Virus record (IMG/VR): IMGVR_UViG_3300022602_000024
Coordinates: 124,001 to 188,000 of that record
DNA: 64,000 nt
Strand: one strand, 5' to 3'
The translations under genes and the position numbers were made by a program. The notes under the pieces are model-generated. The model saw nothing but the letters and a program-made list of their open reading frames with translations, had not been told where the DNA came from and ran no database searches. Shown here piece after piece: positions 35,558 through 45,055 of this stretch; position 1 is the stretch's first letter; each line of letters opens with the position of its first letter.

Positions 35558-36364
35558 ATGAAAGATGACAAGTTCACACTAAACCAAAAGGAGGCACACT
35601 TGTCCAAACGCAGAAATCGATTAGTAGAAACCCAAGTATATCAACAACCCAAACAAGTCAAATACAAACAACCCGATTTAAAAATAGTAAATGACGACTA
35701 TGTAGTTCAAAGACGTAGAAAAGTAGAATTAATCCCCAAGAGTCTAAATCAAGAAACTTATATTGATTTATTGACCAATCCCCACAAACTTATTATATTT
35801 GCAACAGGACCAGCAGGCACGGGTAAAACCATGCTGGCGGTAATGGCTGCAATACAGGCATATCAAGCAGGCGACTGTAATAAAATTGTAATCACACGTC
35901 CCGCAGTAGGTGTGGACGACGAACAACATGGCTTTTTACCTGGGGACCTGAACGCAAAAATGGCACCATGGACCAGACCAATATTAGACGTATTTGCCGA
36001 ATACTATCGGCCTGTAGAAATCACTAAAATGCTAGAAGAACAAACAATCGAGGTATCTCCACTGGCATTTATGCGAGGGCGGACATTTAAAAATTCGTGG
36101 ATCATTGCTGACGAGATGCAGAATGCCACGCCAAGTCAAATGAAAATGCTGCTCACCCGCTTAGGTGATAATAGTAAGATGGTAGTAACTGGGGACACAC
36201 AACAGGCTGACCGCAAAGAGAACAATAATGGTCTCATTGATTTCAAGCGTTTAGTTACAGAATATCAAAACTGTAAGTACGTTAGCGGCATTGAGTTTGA
36301 AGGTAGAGATATTCACCGTCATGCTGCTGTTGTGGAAATCCTAAAGATATATAAAGAACTTTAA
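35558..36364 (+). CDS. phoH: PhoH-like ATPase
   Basis: GPAGTGKT, LGFLPG-like HGFLPGD, PLAFMRGRTF, DEMQN, GDTQQAD. Confidence 0.95.
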   Translation: MKDDKFTLNQKEAHLSKRRNRLVETQVYQQPKQVKYKQPDLKIVNDDYVVQRRRKVELIPKSLNQETYIDLLTNPHKLIIFATGPAGTGKTMLAVMAAIQAYQAGDCNKIVITRPAVGVDDEQHGFLPGDLNAKMAPWTRPILDVFAEYYRPVEITKMLEEQTIEVSPLAFMRGRTFKNSWIIADEMQNATPSQMKMLLTRLGDNSKMVVTGDTQQADRKENNNGLIDFKRLVTEYQNCKYVSGIEFEGRDIHRHAAVVEILKIYKEL

Positions 36365-36945
36365 GAGGTAATTAACGAGAATATTTCTTTCCAATTTTTA
36401 ACCAGTGGGATATGGTCATGATAGTAATTCATATTATGACCATGTTCGACTACAATGGATCGTAATCCTAACCTGTGGCCAACTTCGGCATTGATAGGTT
36501 TATCTTCAATCCAATAACACCCAGTATCACGATAAGGCAATAGTGCGTGATCTTTATCAGCACCGGTGTCTAAACATACCACTTTAGTAAATGCAGTCTT
36601 TCCAAACAGTTTGGCAAGATTCATTTCACGTAGTTTACCTGCATTGGGATCTGTACTTAAACTGGTAATACAATGGAATGTGTATCCGTATTCTTCGTGT
36701 AAACGTTTAACATAATACATGGCATCACGTAAGGGAGGTAAAAACCCAATCGCTGCCGACTCGTTAAACATCTTGATCAGTTTACGACCTTGTTCGTAAT
36801 CAATGCCGTATCTACGATCAATATTGTAATCAAACTCACCACCGGGAATTTTGGTAAATCCATGTTGTTCCATCCAAACTGCAAACGCATATTCCCAGTT
36901 CAACAACACACCGTCGGCATCAACCAATATAACACTATCTTTCAA
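36361..36945 (-). CDS. HAD-family 5'-nucleotidase-like protein (T4 30.2-like)
   Basis: ILVDADGVLLNW, ITSLS, WIEDK. Confidence 0.8.
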   Translation of the reverse strand: MKDSVILVDADGVLLNWEYAFAVWMEQHGFTKIPGGEFDYNIDRRYGIDYEQGRKLIKMFNESAAIGFLPPLRDAMYYVKRLHEEYGYTFHCITSLSTDPNAGKLREMNLAKLFGKTAFTKVVCLDTGADKDHALLPYRDTGCYWIEDKPINAEVGHRLGLRSIVVEHGHNMNYYHDHIPLVKNWKEIFSLITS

Positions 36946-37121
36946 ATCAACTCCTTAAACATTCGTTTCCGACCTTCTTCGCCTATTTCAGCATCAAAGA
37001 TTTCTCTGACACGTTGCATCATTGCACAGGCCAACATCAATAGATCATTGCGATCATCTGTTAGCTGAATACATGAATCAATGGGAACCATCAGTTCTAA
37101 CATGCGTTCTTGCAAATCCAT
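36942..37121 (-). CDS. Small hypothetical protein (59 aa)
   Basis: Manual translation MDLQERMLELMVPID..MFKELI; coupled at both ends. Confidence 0.6.
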   Translation of the reverse strand: MDLQERMLELMVPIDSCIQLTDDRNDLLMLACAMMQRVREIFDAEIGEEGRKRMFKELI

Positions 37122-37774
37122 TACAACACCTTTACAAAATTTAAAAACGTAACTTTAGCATTGCTACGATAAGAATCTTGTCTATGCGATTTGACACGAC
37201 CTTGAATCTTTCCTGTTTCACACACCTTGTCTGCACGATTGGCCCAGTAAGACATCAAATTGCCATCACTGTCGCATCCATATACCAGCCAACTGTTGGT
37301 CTCTTTGAAATACCGTTTGTCGATCATGGTAAAGTCAACGGTGATTTTTTCTCGCTCGCGACCCACATAACGACTTTTGGTTTCGTATTGCGAACTGATT
37401 TCACGAACACGATCCTTGGCTTGATAATCTCGCATGAGTTTTGGCGCCCATGCCAGCAAGCCCAGTTCGTTGGCTTTGACAGTTTCGTTAGCCAACAACT
37501 TGTTAATTTGAACCAAAAAGCTATCTGCTGTGCCTTTTGTAAGAGTTTGCATGATTTCTGCTTGTTGTAAATAAACAACAATTTCGTCAGCAGCATCACG
37601 CTGTTGCTGATTTACAACAGCCTCAGAATCCAATGTTTCCCGGATAATCTGGCGATTTGGCACTAGAGTTCGATCCTCTACCCGAGTGGGATCTTTATAT
37701 ATCAAATGCCCATTGATTTCAAACGCAGAAACAGCAGTTGCAAGTGCTACTCGAGTATTATACGTGGGTTTCAT
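37121..37774 (-). CDS. Hypothetical protein with OB-like C-terminus
   Basis: Start moved to 37774 because a promoter lies at 37806-37834. Confidence 0.55.
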   Translation of the reverse strand: MKPTYNTRVALATAVSAFEINGHLIYKDPTRVEDRTLVPNRQIIRETLDSEAVVNQQQRDAADEIVVYLQQAEIMQTLTKGTADSFLVQINKLLANETVKANELGLLAWAPKLMRDYQAKDRVREISSQYETKSRYVGREREKITVDFTMIDKRYFKETNSWLVYGCDSDGNLMSYWANRADKVCETGKIQGRVKSHRQDSYRSNAKVTFLNFVKVL

Positions 37775-37805
37775 TGTTGATCCTTTTGTCCTAACTAATG
37801 CTGTT

Positions 37806-37834
37806 ATTATAGCACTATTGGATTTATTGGTCAA
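37806..37834 (-). promoter_or_regulatory. Sigma70-type promoter TTGACC-17-TATAAT
   Basis: Exact spacing; -35 overlaps the upstream TGA stop. Confidence 0.8.
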
Positions 37835-38073
37835 CCTTTTTTGTTTGTAATAAACTGGTGCAGGTAGTTTAAATAGGAGGTTTGATTGGCTAATTTCGCC
37901 TCTAACGACTCCATTCTGTTCCGTAATTTGCGGTTTTCGTCTTGCATTTGCTCCATTGTATACACGGTGTCCTTTAGACGCTTTTCGTGATTTAGCAAGT
38001 TAGGGCGTGGTGGAGCATTTGGGTCCACTGGACGCTTTTTCTTGGGTTGCATTGCTTTAAATAACGGATTCAT
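37831..38073 (-). CDS. Coiled-coil hypothetical protein
   Basis: ORF track. Confidence 0.55.
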   Translation of the reverse strand: MNPLFKAMQPKKKRPVDPNAPPRPNLLNHEKRLKDTVYTMEQMQDENRKLRNRMESLEAKLANQTSYLNYLHQFITNKKG

Positions 38074-38393
38074 ACGTAATATTTATCGTTAGGCGGACCT
38101 GGTGCTTTAAGACAAACCGTATAAGTATCTTCCTCATAGTAGGCTTCGTTTTCTTCTCCGGGCTCAAATATAAAAATATCACCGGTGTAGAAATGCTCAC
38201 CATTGACCACAACATGCCCCTGTGTGATCAAACTCAGCTCTCTTGCTATCTTGTGATAGTGTCGGGGGCTGACATCACCTTTGGGGTTGAATGTGTAACT
38301 CAATTCAAAGTCTTCGGTTTTCCATACAGCTCGATCAAACGAACCTACAAACCAACCACGGTCACCAGATTCACTCAGCTTGAACTTCTGCAT
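38070..38393 (-). CDS. Cupin-fold protein
   Basis: SPRHYHKIARE..GDIFIFEPGE. Confidence 0.7.
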   Translation of the reverse strand: MQKFKLSESGDRGWFVGSFDRAVWKTEDFELSYTFNPKGDVSPRHYHKIARELSLITQGHVVVNGEHFYTGDIFIFEPGEENEAYYEEDTYTVCLKAPGPPNDKYYV

Positions 38394-38775
38394 TTTCTGT
38401 TTTAACTTCTACATCAGTGACTGTATCTTTGGCTTCTTCTTTGGGCAAGAACTGTGCCAAGTATTCGGGATCTAATTCAGTCATTACTTTGGCCACATAC
38501 TGTGGATAGCCTTCTAAGAAGTATTTGAACAACTTGTCAAAATCACTGTTTTGTTTTGTTACATCGTATCTGTTTTGAATCACAGTTTTCTTGTTGAGGT
38601 TTAAAATAACGCCAGCATAAACTTGATCTTTACTGCTTAGGCCACGAGTAAATTCAATGCGTTCATCGTATTGATGATTGGCGGGGTCTGCCATATAACC
38701 CTTTTGACTGGTCTTTTTTGGGTCACGTGGTTTGATTACATAAAATGCTAGTAGGTGTAGGTCTTTGATTTTCAT
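38371..38775 (-). CDS. Hypothetical protein
   Basis: ORF track. Confidence 0.55.
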   Translation of the reverse strand: MKIKDLHLLAFYVIKPRDPKKTSQKGYMADPANHQYDERIEFTRGLSSKDQVYAGVILNLNKKTVIQNRYDVTKQNSDFDKLFKYFLEGYPQYVAKVMTELDPEYLAQFLPKEEAKDTVTDVEVKTENAEVQAE

Positions 38776-38776
38776 A

Positions 38777-39697
38777 TTAGTTGATTTGTGTTAATTCGAT
38801 TAAGGTTGCTGACAAGTTGATTTCGGGATCTGCGCAGACTGCATGATTGACTAGTCCTGTGCGTATTGCTAAGATTGCACGATCTTGTCCATCTTCAGTT
38901 TTACTCCACAGTTCAAGGTTATCATAACACCAACGGAAAATCTCGTCAATGTCTTCGGATGATGCTTGATTGCAAATGGCTTGGCGTGCTTCCTTGATAC
39001 GTCCTGCTTTGAACAATTGAACTGCATCCAGTTTCCAGTCTTTGACTGAACGATCATTTTCACCGGGTGTGCTTAGTCGTCCTGTGGTACTGTTGGCTTG
39101 CAACAGATTCAAACACTTGCGCAGGTCGGGATATGTTGCTTTGACATAACTGTCTAAAGTTTCTAAATCAAACTCTACTGATTCAGAAACCATAACAGTT
39201 GCGGCACGTGCAGTAAATTCTGTTACATCGCTTTTGTCAATGTGAAAGCCTTGGCATCTACTGTGTAGTGCATCCATGATCTTGTGTGGCTTATTACAAG
39301 TAAAAATAAACCTAGCAGACTCTTGGTAAGTCTCCATCAAGCCACGCATGATGGCCTGTGCATTGTGACTCAAGTAGTCGGCCTCGTCCATTAAAATAAC
39401 TTTAAATGGACCAAATGGCATTGTGCTGACAAATCCCTCTACACGAGTTTTGATAAAGTCCACACCATTGTCTCTGGACGCATTGATATGTAAGGTATCA
39501 TAATCTTCGATGCCCAACTCATTGATCAACACCTTGGCTAGAGTTGTTTTTCCTGTTCCGGGACTGCCACTTAATAATATGTGCGGAATACTTCCTGATC
39601 GGATCCAGGATTCAATTTGCTCACGCTGACTAGCATCTGTAAACACATAATCCCCAATGGTCTTGGGCCTATACTTTTCTGTCCATAACTCTTTCAT
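38777..39697 (-). CDS. Clamp loader ATPase subunit (RFC / T4 gp44-like)
   Basis: LWTEKYRPK, GSPGTGKT, INASRDNG, DEADYL, SRC, YPDLR. Confidence 0.9.
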   Translation of the reverse strand: MKELWTEKYRPKTIGDYVFTDASQREQIESWIRSGSIPHILLSGSPGTGKTTLAKVLINELGIEDYDTLHINASRDNGVDFIKTRVEGFVSTMPFGPFKVILMDEADYLSHNAQAIMRGLMETYQESARFIFTCNKPHKIMDALHSRCQGFHIDKSDVTEFTARAATVMVSESVEFDLETLDSYVKATYPDLRKCLNLLQANSTTGRLSTPGENDRSVKDWKLDAVQLFKAGRIKEARQAICNQASSEDIDEIFRWCYDNLELWSKTEDGQDRAILAIRTGLVNHAVCADPEINLSATLIELTQIN

Positions 39698-39903
39698 GCA
39701 AATCTCCCAATGGTGTTGTAAATTAAATCGTCTAGTTCTCTTGAGAAGTCTTGTCCAGCTCTGCGCTTTTCAAAGATAGCCTCAACGAGCTCGTCGGTAG
39801 GAACATATCGATCATCGCGATGTTTAAGTTCGTCAATTAAATCTTCAGTAGTAAACTCTGACAAGTCAACGTCCACTTCAACTTCTGTGTAAATTGTTGG
39901 CAT
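39694..39903 (-). CDS. Small hypothetical protein
   Basis: Start moved to 39903 (MPTIYTEVEV), SD GAGGAG. Confidence 0.55.
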   Translation of the reverse strand: MPTIYTEVEVDVDLSEFTTEDLIDELKHRDDRYVPTDELVEAIFEKRRAGQDFSRELDDLIYNTIGRFA

Positions 39904-40070
39904 TATACAATCTCCTCTAAAATTCCCAGTGCTTCTGCTGCAATGAGCAACCACCCTGCTTCAGGCAAGCCCACTATAATTAATGATGCGCCTGCTCCAA
40001 TTCGTAATACACTCTTTACAAGACTAACATAAAAATGTCCTCGGCTTGTATCTTTAGGTTGAATTTCCAT
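39903..40070 (-). CDS. Small membrane protein
   Basis: Start moved to 40070 (MEIQPKD), hydrophobic C-terminus. Confidence 0.5.
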   Translation of the reverse strand: MEIQPKDTSRGHFYVSLVKSVLRIGAGASLIIVGLPEAGWLLIAAEALGILEEIV

Positions 40071-40303
40071 TATAATTTCCAATCTTTCTTTACTTGTTGC
40101 CAAACTTGGCGTGGGTGAGTCACTGTCCATACAGGTATTATAGCACAGGCCGCTAACAATAAAAACCATTTAGGAAAAGTTTTTATCATAGGAGGATGGT
40201 GCGGACACCGACCTTGTTTATAGTCACATTCGGGTGTATACGTCTGGCGGCATACGTTGCATTTTACTTCTTCAGGATTTCTACTATCCGGTCCTGTTCC
40301 CAT
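40070..40303 (-). CDS. Small protein with CxxC..C..H and a TM segment
   Basis: CNVC..CDYKQGRCPHH. Confidence 0.5.
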   Translation of the reverse strand: MGTGPDSRNPEEVKCNVCRQTYTPECDYKQGRCPHHPPMIKTFPKWFLLLAACAIIPVWTVTHPRQVWQQVKKDWKL

Positions 40304-40485
40304 TGTTCTTCTCCGGCAAATGTTGGAAGTTGATTGTATCTATCTTCCAACCAACATTTTAGCAGGTATAGATCTCTTTTGCAATAGGAAGCGGTAAAAC
40401 CGTCGTTGTAAGGACTAGCAATTTCTACCAAAACTTTGCTAATGGCGTTGCGAACGCCATCAAGGTCAGGTTTTGCAAATCCCAT
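40264..40485 (-). CDS. Hypothetical protein
   Basis: ORF track. Confidence 0.5.
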   Translation of the reverse strand: MGFAKPDLDGVRNAISKVLVEIASPYNDGFTASYCKRDLYLLKCWLEDRYNQLPTFAGEEQWEQDRIVEILKK

Positions 40486-40486
40486 A

Positions 40487-40858
40487 TTACCACCGTTCTT
40501 TGCTGTCGATCAAGTCAGCAGTACTGATATTATCGTCACTGGGTTCTGTATCGGACACCATTAAGATATCATTGGTATCAATGCGTCGGATAGTGACATC
40601 ACCAGTTTGATCTTCAATGTCCACTCCACGTGTCCAGCGACCGTGTGCAACCAATACCCATTGTCCGACTTGAATATCAGTTTGTTCGGGACCTACTGCA
40701 TATACCTGTGCCCAACGTGGGCGAATGCCTGCCGAACGCAAATCATCGCCCAGCAACAAAATGCCACTGCTTAATTTGCGTCCTTCAAAATTCATATCCG
40801 CTACTAGAACATGATCCTTTAATGCTCGAATTTCATTTACTTTGATTGGTGCAAACAC
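40487..40858 (-). CDS. groES: GroES-like co-chaperonin
   Basis: IRALKDHVLV, SGILL, VYAVGP, VGQWVL. Confidence 0.75.
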   Translation of the reverse strand: MFAPIKVNEIRALKDHVLVADMNFEGRKLSSGILLLGDDLRSAGIRPRWAQVYAVGPEQTDIQVGQWVLVAHGRWTRGVDIEDQTGDVTIRRIDTNDILMVSDTEPSDDNISTADLIDSKERW

Positions 40859-40860
40859 TT

Positions 40861-41316
40861 TTAAATCCTTGTTGGTCCGTTTGATTTACGTTGTTCTGCC
40901 GGAGTAGGTCCAGGGCCTTGATTAACGTTAACTGTTTTAGCAACAGATCCTGCCAGGCTACCACGTGCCGGCGGTGTTGCTGGTTGTGCAGACTCTGTGG
41001 GCTCTAAGTTAGTTGTCGGTTTGACCAAATTGTTAGCTAAATCGTGTAGTGCTTGTGCTTTGCTTGCTTCCATATTTGCCTGCTGTTGGTTATAACTTAT
41101 TGGGTCGTTTGGACTGTACCCTTGGTCAGCAGCGGGAACTGCATAAACTTGATCCATCACTTGATTACGGCCTGCAGCAATTTTGCCGCCACTGCCAATT
41201 ACATCGCCACGTGCATTAACTCCCATATTACCCACTGCATTAGTGGTCTCTTGGGACAATCGAACTTTATCAATGTCGATCATTTTGCCACGGGACGATT
41301 TGTATACTCTTGCCAT
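40861..41316 (-). CDS. Phage hypothetical protein
   Basis: GNMGVNARGD motif; low-complexity tail. Confidence 0.6.
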   Translation of the reverse strand: MARVYKSSRGKMIDIDKVRLSQETTNAVGNMGVNARGDVIGSGGKIAAGRNQVMDQVYAVPAADQGYSPNDPISYNQQQANMEASKAQALHDLANNLVKPTTNLEPTESAQPATPPARGSLAGSVAKTVNVNQGPGPTPAEQRKSNGPTRI

Positions 41317-41329
41317 ATGTATTTCCTTA

Positions 41330-41848
41330 TTATTTCAAAAACTCTTCAATCGGTAAGTCGTAGTAAAGACTGTTGATTCGGTGTACTCCCAGTAAGTATA
41401 ACACATAACTGGCCACACTACTACCTCTACCTAGACCCCATACTACCGAATTTGCTCGCATGGTATCTACAAAGTATTTAAGATAACGCAACAGATCAAA
41501 CAAATCTCTTTCGTGATACAACAACAGTTCTTGACCTACACGTTGTAATTCTGCATCTGTAGTACACAAATCCAACACATGTTGGGCTATGTCTAACTGT
41601 CGGTACTCTGCGGGCATGTGCCACGATTCTTGTTGTGTTCTATGAAATATGTCAACACTATAGTCAGGTGGCAGTGGGTGATACTCTTTTACTGCAGGTA
41701 AATCGCTATAAGTGCGTTTTACACTGGTGTTGTACTTGTCCCAATCTTCAACTAAAAATTTAGATACATCCGTTGTGGGATCCTTGTAAAGTAGTTCACA
41801 AAGTTCTTCTGTTGTAGTGTATGCTCGGCCAAACGGATCATACTTCAT
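41330..41848 (-). CDS. Short DnaE (Pol III alpha)-like protein without catalytic DxD
   Basis: LQRVGQELLLY, VWGLGRGSSVASYVLYLLGVHRI; ends at PIEEFLK. Confidence 0.7.
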   Translation of the reverse strand: MKYDPFGRAYTTTEELCELLYKDPTTDVSKFLVEDWDKYNTSVKRTYSDLPAVKEYHPLPPDYSVDIFHRTQQESWHMPAEYRQLDIAQHVLDLCTTDAELQRVGQELLLYHERDLFDLLRYLKYFVDTMRANSVVWGLGRGSSVASYVLYLLGVHRINSLYYDLPIEEFLK

Positions 41849-42084
41849 TGTATGTCAATGATATTTTTAAATTGTTTAGAATTCTTTTCCATTTCTTCCA
41901 AAGCCTTGCGGTTTCGAAGTTGGATCTCTGTTTGATAATCTTCTTGTAACAATTGTAGTTGATAAACCATATCTGTGCTACCAGTTCGGTAAGCAAAGGT
42001 AATACGGCGCATGATATCGCCGTATTTTTGGTTTAGTTCTTCGTTAGTAAACTTACTAAGATCAGGTGTAAGAGGATGTCCCAT
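41845..42084 (-). CDS. Hypothetical protein
   Basis: ORF track. Confidence 0.55.
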   Translation of the reverse strand: MGHPLTPDLSKFTNEELNQKYGDIMRRITFAYRTGSTDMVYQLQLLQEDYQTEIQLRNRKALEEMEKNSKQFKNIIDIQ

Positions 42085-42128
42085 AGTGCAAGTATACGAC
42101 TTTCCCGTCGATTAGTCAACTGTTTTGG

Positions 42129-43538
42129 TTAAGTACGATACCAAGTTGCAGTACTGGCCAAATAAGTGAATTTTGCTGCAATGTTGCCACCAAAGAATAT
42201 GGTACTAGGCGCAAACTTAACTGTGTGACCAGATCCATAAATATTAGCACTGGCAATGTTGGACACCGTACTGATCTTGATAGTTTGACGATCCACTGGA
42301 TTGGGCGGAAGTATAATATTGGCAAGTGGAATAGGTACTTCTAGTGAACTGTCAATAACCAAAGTACTTACTGCATTGTTGGCAGTGAAGTTATTTGGTC
42401 CTGAACTAGTGAATATCTGCAGATACGTGCCACCTTCAACAATACCAGCAAAAGTTTTTACTGCCTGATTGTTTTCAATGCTTAGGGCCTGAGTAGTTTG
42501 ATCAAAGGTACTTCGACCATCAGGTGAAGTAAAGAACGCAATATTACCACCTAGACCATAGGTAACATTGGAACCTGTAGCAAAGAAATTAATTCCGGCA
42601 GTTTGTTGAAAAGTATTGGCAGTATTGAATGTGCCAGTATAAGTCAATGCATTAAAGTAGCCCAGCAAGTCATTGGTTACTGCTGGTGCTAGTGTACCGG
42701 TGATTAGATTACCACGAGCACCAGTTACACTATAACCACCTAATCCACCGGTATCAGTCTGTGTATAGGTTACATTGGCCAAGGATAAATTACCGATACC
42801 TACAGAATTGATACTGCCATGAACGCTAAGGATATCTTGTCCTTGCTCCAAAGCCAAAGCAGTGGTTAGACTGGGGCCATAACCCAACATGAATGTGGAG
42901 TTTGTGGTTGGGTTATAGTACAAATCTGGATCGCGGAAGGTGCTACGATTACGTGTTACGTCAAAGATCAAATAGGTATTACCGCCATCAACACTAGAAA
43001 AATCAAATACATAACTACCAGCAGCATCAAAGGTGATAGAGTTAGTAGATGAACTATAACCGGCAATGTCATTAACTGCAATGCTAACGCTCAATGGTAA
43101 TGTTAGTGTATGACTAGGATCGCTAACAACAACCCAAACACGCATAACACCGTAACCTAAAGCACCTGCACCGACTGATGCAGGCCAGTTAACAAAGTTA
43201 ACAGAAATAGGAGCTGCAGTTGTGATCTTTTGGAAGTTAGCAATGTTAAAGTCTAGTGTAACTGCATTGCTGACTGCACCATTGTCAAACAGGGCCTGTG
43301 TCCATGCGCTCAATTGTGGACGCTTGATCTGTGTACCAGCCATGTCATTGGTAATGGTCTGCCCAGAAAGTGCACTGGTAACAATAACTTTGCTTTGTAA
43401 ATCTGTAATCTCGTTGGCTGCAGACAGCAAATTGTTCTTGATGTTGGTGAAATTGTCACGGAAACCTTGACTGGGATTGTCTTGTCCTGCAATAGGGAAG
43501 GTTCCGTCAATGTTGTATGGGTTGATTTGTGATGCCAT
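42129..43538 (-). CDS. Virion fibre/baseplate-associated protein
   Basis: N-terminus FPIAGQDN.SQGFRDNF shared with 44070..45029; Thr/Gly/Asn-rich beta body. Confidence 0.6.
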   Translation of the reverse strand: MASQINPYNIDGTFPIAGQDNPSQGFRDNFTNIKNNLLSAANEITDLQSKVIVTSALSGQTITNDMAGTQIKRPQLSAWTQALFDNGAVSNAVTLDFNIANFQKITTAAPISVNFVNWPASVGAGALGYGVMRVWVVVSDPSHTLTLPLSVSIAVNDIAGYSSSTNSITFDAAGSYVFDFSSVDGGNTYLIFDVTRNRSTFRDPDLYYNPTTNSTFMLGYGPSLTTALALEQGQDILSVHGSINSVGIGNLSLANVTYTQTDTGGLGGYSVTGARGNLITGTLAPAVTNDLLGYFNALTYTGTFNTANTFQQTAGINFFATGSNVTYGLGGNIAFFTSPDGRSTFDQTTQALSIENNQAVKTFAGIVEGGTYLQIFTSSGPNNFTANNAVSTLVIDSSLEVPIPLANIILPPNPVDRQTIKISTVSNIASANIYGSGHTVKFAPSTIFFGGNIAAKFTYLASTATWYRT

Positions 43539-43567
43539 TTAAGTGTTATCCTAGATTATTGTAGTAT

Positions 43568-44068
43568 TTAGCCTATGGCCTCGTAGGCAATTACTACATC
43601 AAACGGTATAGCATAATAACTTGGTTGACCGACCTGTGTAACGTAGGCACAAATAACTAGCCCTTCATTCAAATAAATTGGAATATCTTTGGTTATTGCA
43701 GCAACACGACCTGCGAAATGTTCGCGATATAGCAAGTACTGTGTGTTATTAACAGTGTTGTATATGTGTATCTGTACCAGGTAACTTGCTACATTTCCAA
43801 TACCAGCATTATAAGTAAATTGCCATTCCCCTGAGACACTTCCTAAGTTAGAGCTTGCCTCAGTTATTAACATAGTATTGATTTTATATACCAAATTACT
43901 ACCACCAGGGTTTTGAAATATACCGTAAGGTGTACTTGGAATAAAGGGGGCATTATAAAGTTGTTCGCCTTGTCCCGGAGCATAATAATTTACAGGTCCG
44001 ACGGTTGCATTCCAGAAAAAACTAAGTGGTGTGATTGTGGTTATATTTGCTAAATTAGGGGTTGCCAT
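43568..44068 (-). CDS. Putative virion protein
   Basis: In structural cluster; TAAATA upstream region. Confidence 0.5.
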   Translation of the reverse strand: MATPNLANITTITPLSFFWNATVGPVNYYAPGQGEQLYNAPFIPSTPYGIFQNPGGSNLVYKINTMLITEASSNLGSVSGEWQFTYNAGIGNVASYLVQIHIYNTVNNTQYLLYREHFAGRVAAITKDIPIYLNEGLVICAYVTQVGQPSYYAIPFDVVIAYEAIG

Positions 44069-44069
44069 T

Positions 44070-45029
44070 TTATCCTCCGAAGATCATTGACATAATGATG
44101 GGTAGTGCTCTGTTGTAATAAGGGGTGCCATTTGCCCAAAATACGCCTGTATTGGTAGTGACTCGTCCTGCAGTGACATTTCCAGTGGTAGTAACATTGC
44201 TGGTCAAATTCTGCAACAATGCAACTGCGGTAGCATTGGTATAAAATCCACTGCTCAATGAATTGATTTGCACCTGCTGACTTGCAGCATTGGCTTGCCA
44301 TGCCACATTGGCTGCAGTCAAGTTGGCTTGCCATGCAGTATTTACCGTGGTTATTTGTGTGTTTACATAGCTGGTTATATTGGCAGTAACATTAGCAGTA
44401 ACAACATTACCAATATTACTGAGTTGGCTATTTACATAACTCAGCATGCCTGTGTTGGCAGTTATGATGGCAGCATTTGCAGCATTGATAGCAAGTATCA
44501 AGTTTGCACTTAGGCTAGCGATTGAATTGTTAACATTTGCACTCAAATTGCTAACTGCTAGTGTTATGTTGGTGTTTAATAACGAAACATTAGTAGTTAA
44601 TTGATTTATTGTTGCAAATCCTGTGCCAGTTGTAAATGCCGCCACATTGGCTTGTATACTTTGAATAGTGGGATCGTATGGCAAGTATTGTGCTACTTGT
44701 GCATTGCCGTAGTTAAAAGTGGTCAAAGTATTGTTGGTAGGAACTTTGACCCAGTTGTTTATATATGGATATCCGCCCACACAAAAATAAATCCAGTTAT
44801 TGTCGTATGCAAACTGGTTTGGTGTGCCGTAATAACTCAGTGTAGGAGGTACAGTGGTATTCAATGCGGCCAAGGCCACATTGGCTTCCAGATTGGTTAT
44901 TTCTACTGCGGCAGTATTAAGATTGTTCTTAATAACAGTAAAATTTGTACGAAAACCCTGTGTATCATTGTCCTGCCCAGCAATAGGGAAGGTGATATCC
45001 AGATCAGTTACGTTAATATTAGATGACAT
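44070..45029 (-). CDS. Virion fibre protein
   Basis: FPIAGQDNDTQGFRTNF N-terminus, coiled-coil N/A-rich body. Confidence 0.6.
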   Translation of the reverse strand: MSSNINVTDLDITFPIAGQDNDTQGFRTNFTVIKNNLNTAAVEITNLEANVALAALNTTVPPTLSYYGTPNQFAYDNNWIYFCVGGYPYINNWVKVPTNNTLTTFNYGNAQVAQYLPYDPTIQSIQANVAAFTTGTGFATINQLTTNVSLLNTNITLAVSNLSANVNNSIASLSANLILAINAANAAIITANTGMLSYVNSQLSNIGNVVTANVTANITSYVNTQITTVNTAWQANLTAANVAWQANAASQQVQINSLSSGFYTNATAVALLQNLTSNVTTTGNVTAGRVTTNTGVFWANGTPYYNRALPIIMSMIFGG

Positions 45030-45055
45030 TTAAAGTTTATCCTGCGTTTTAGTAT

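Noticed and set aside
41300-41340. Frameshift or intron extending mini-DnaE
   Set aside because: Tandem stops are followed by an SD and an unrelated ORF; no NPER/PDxDxD seen downstream by eye.
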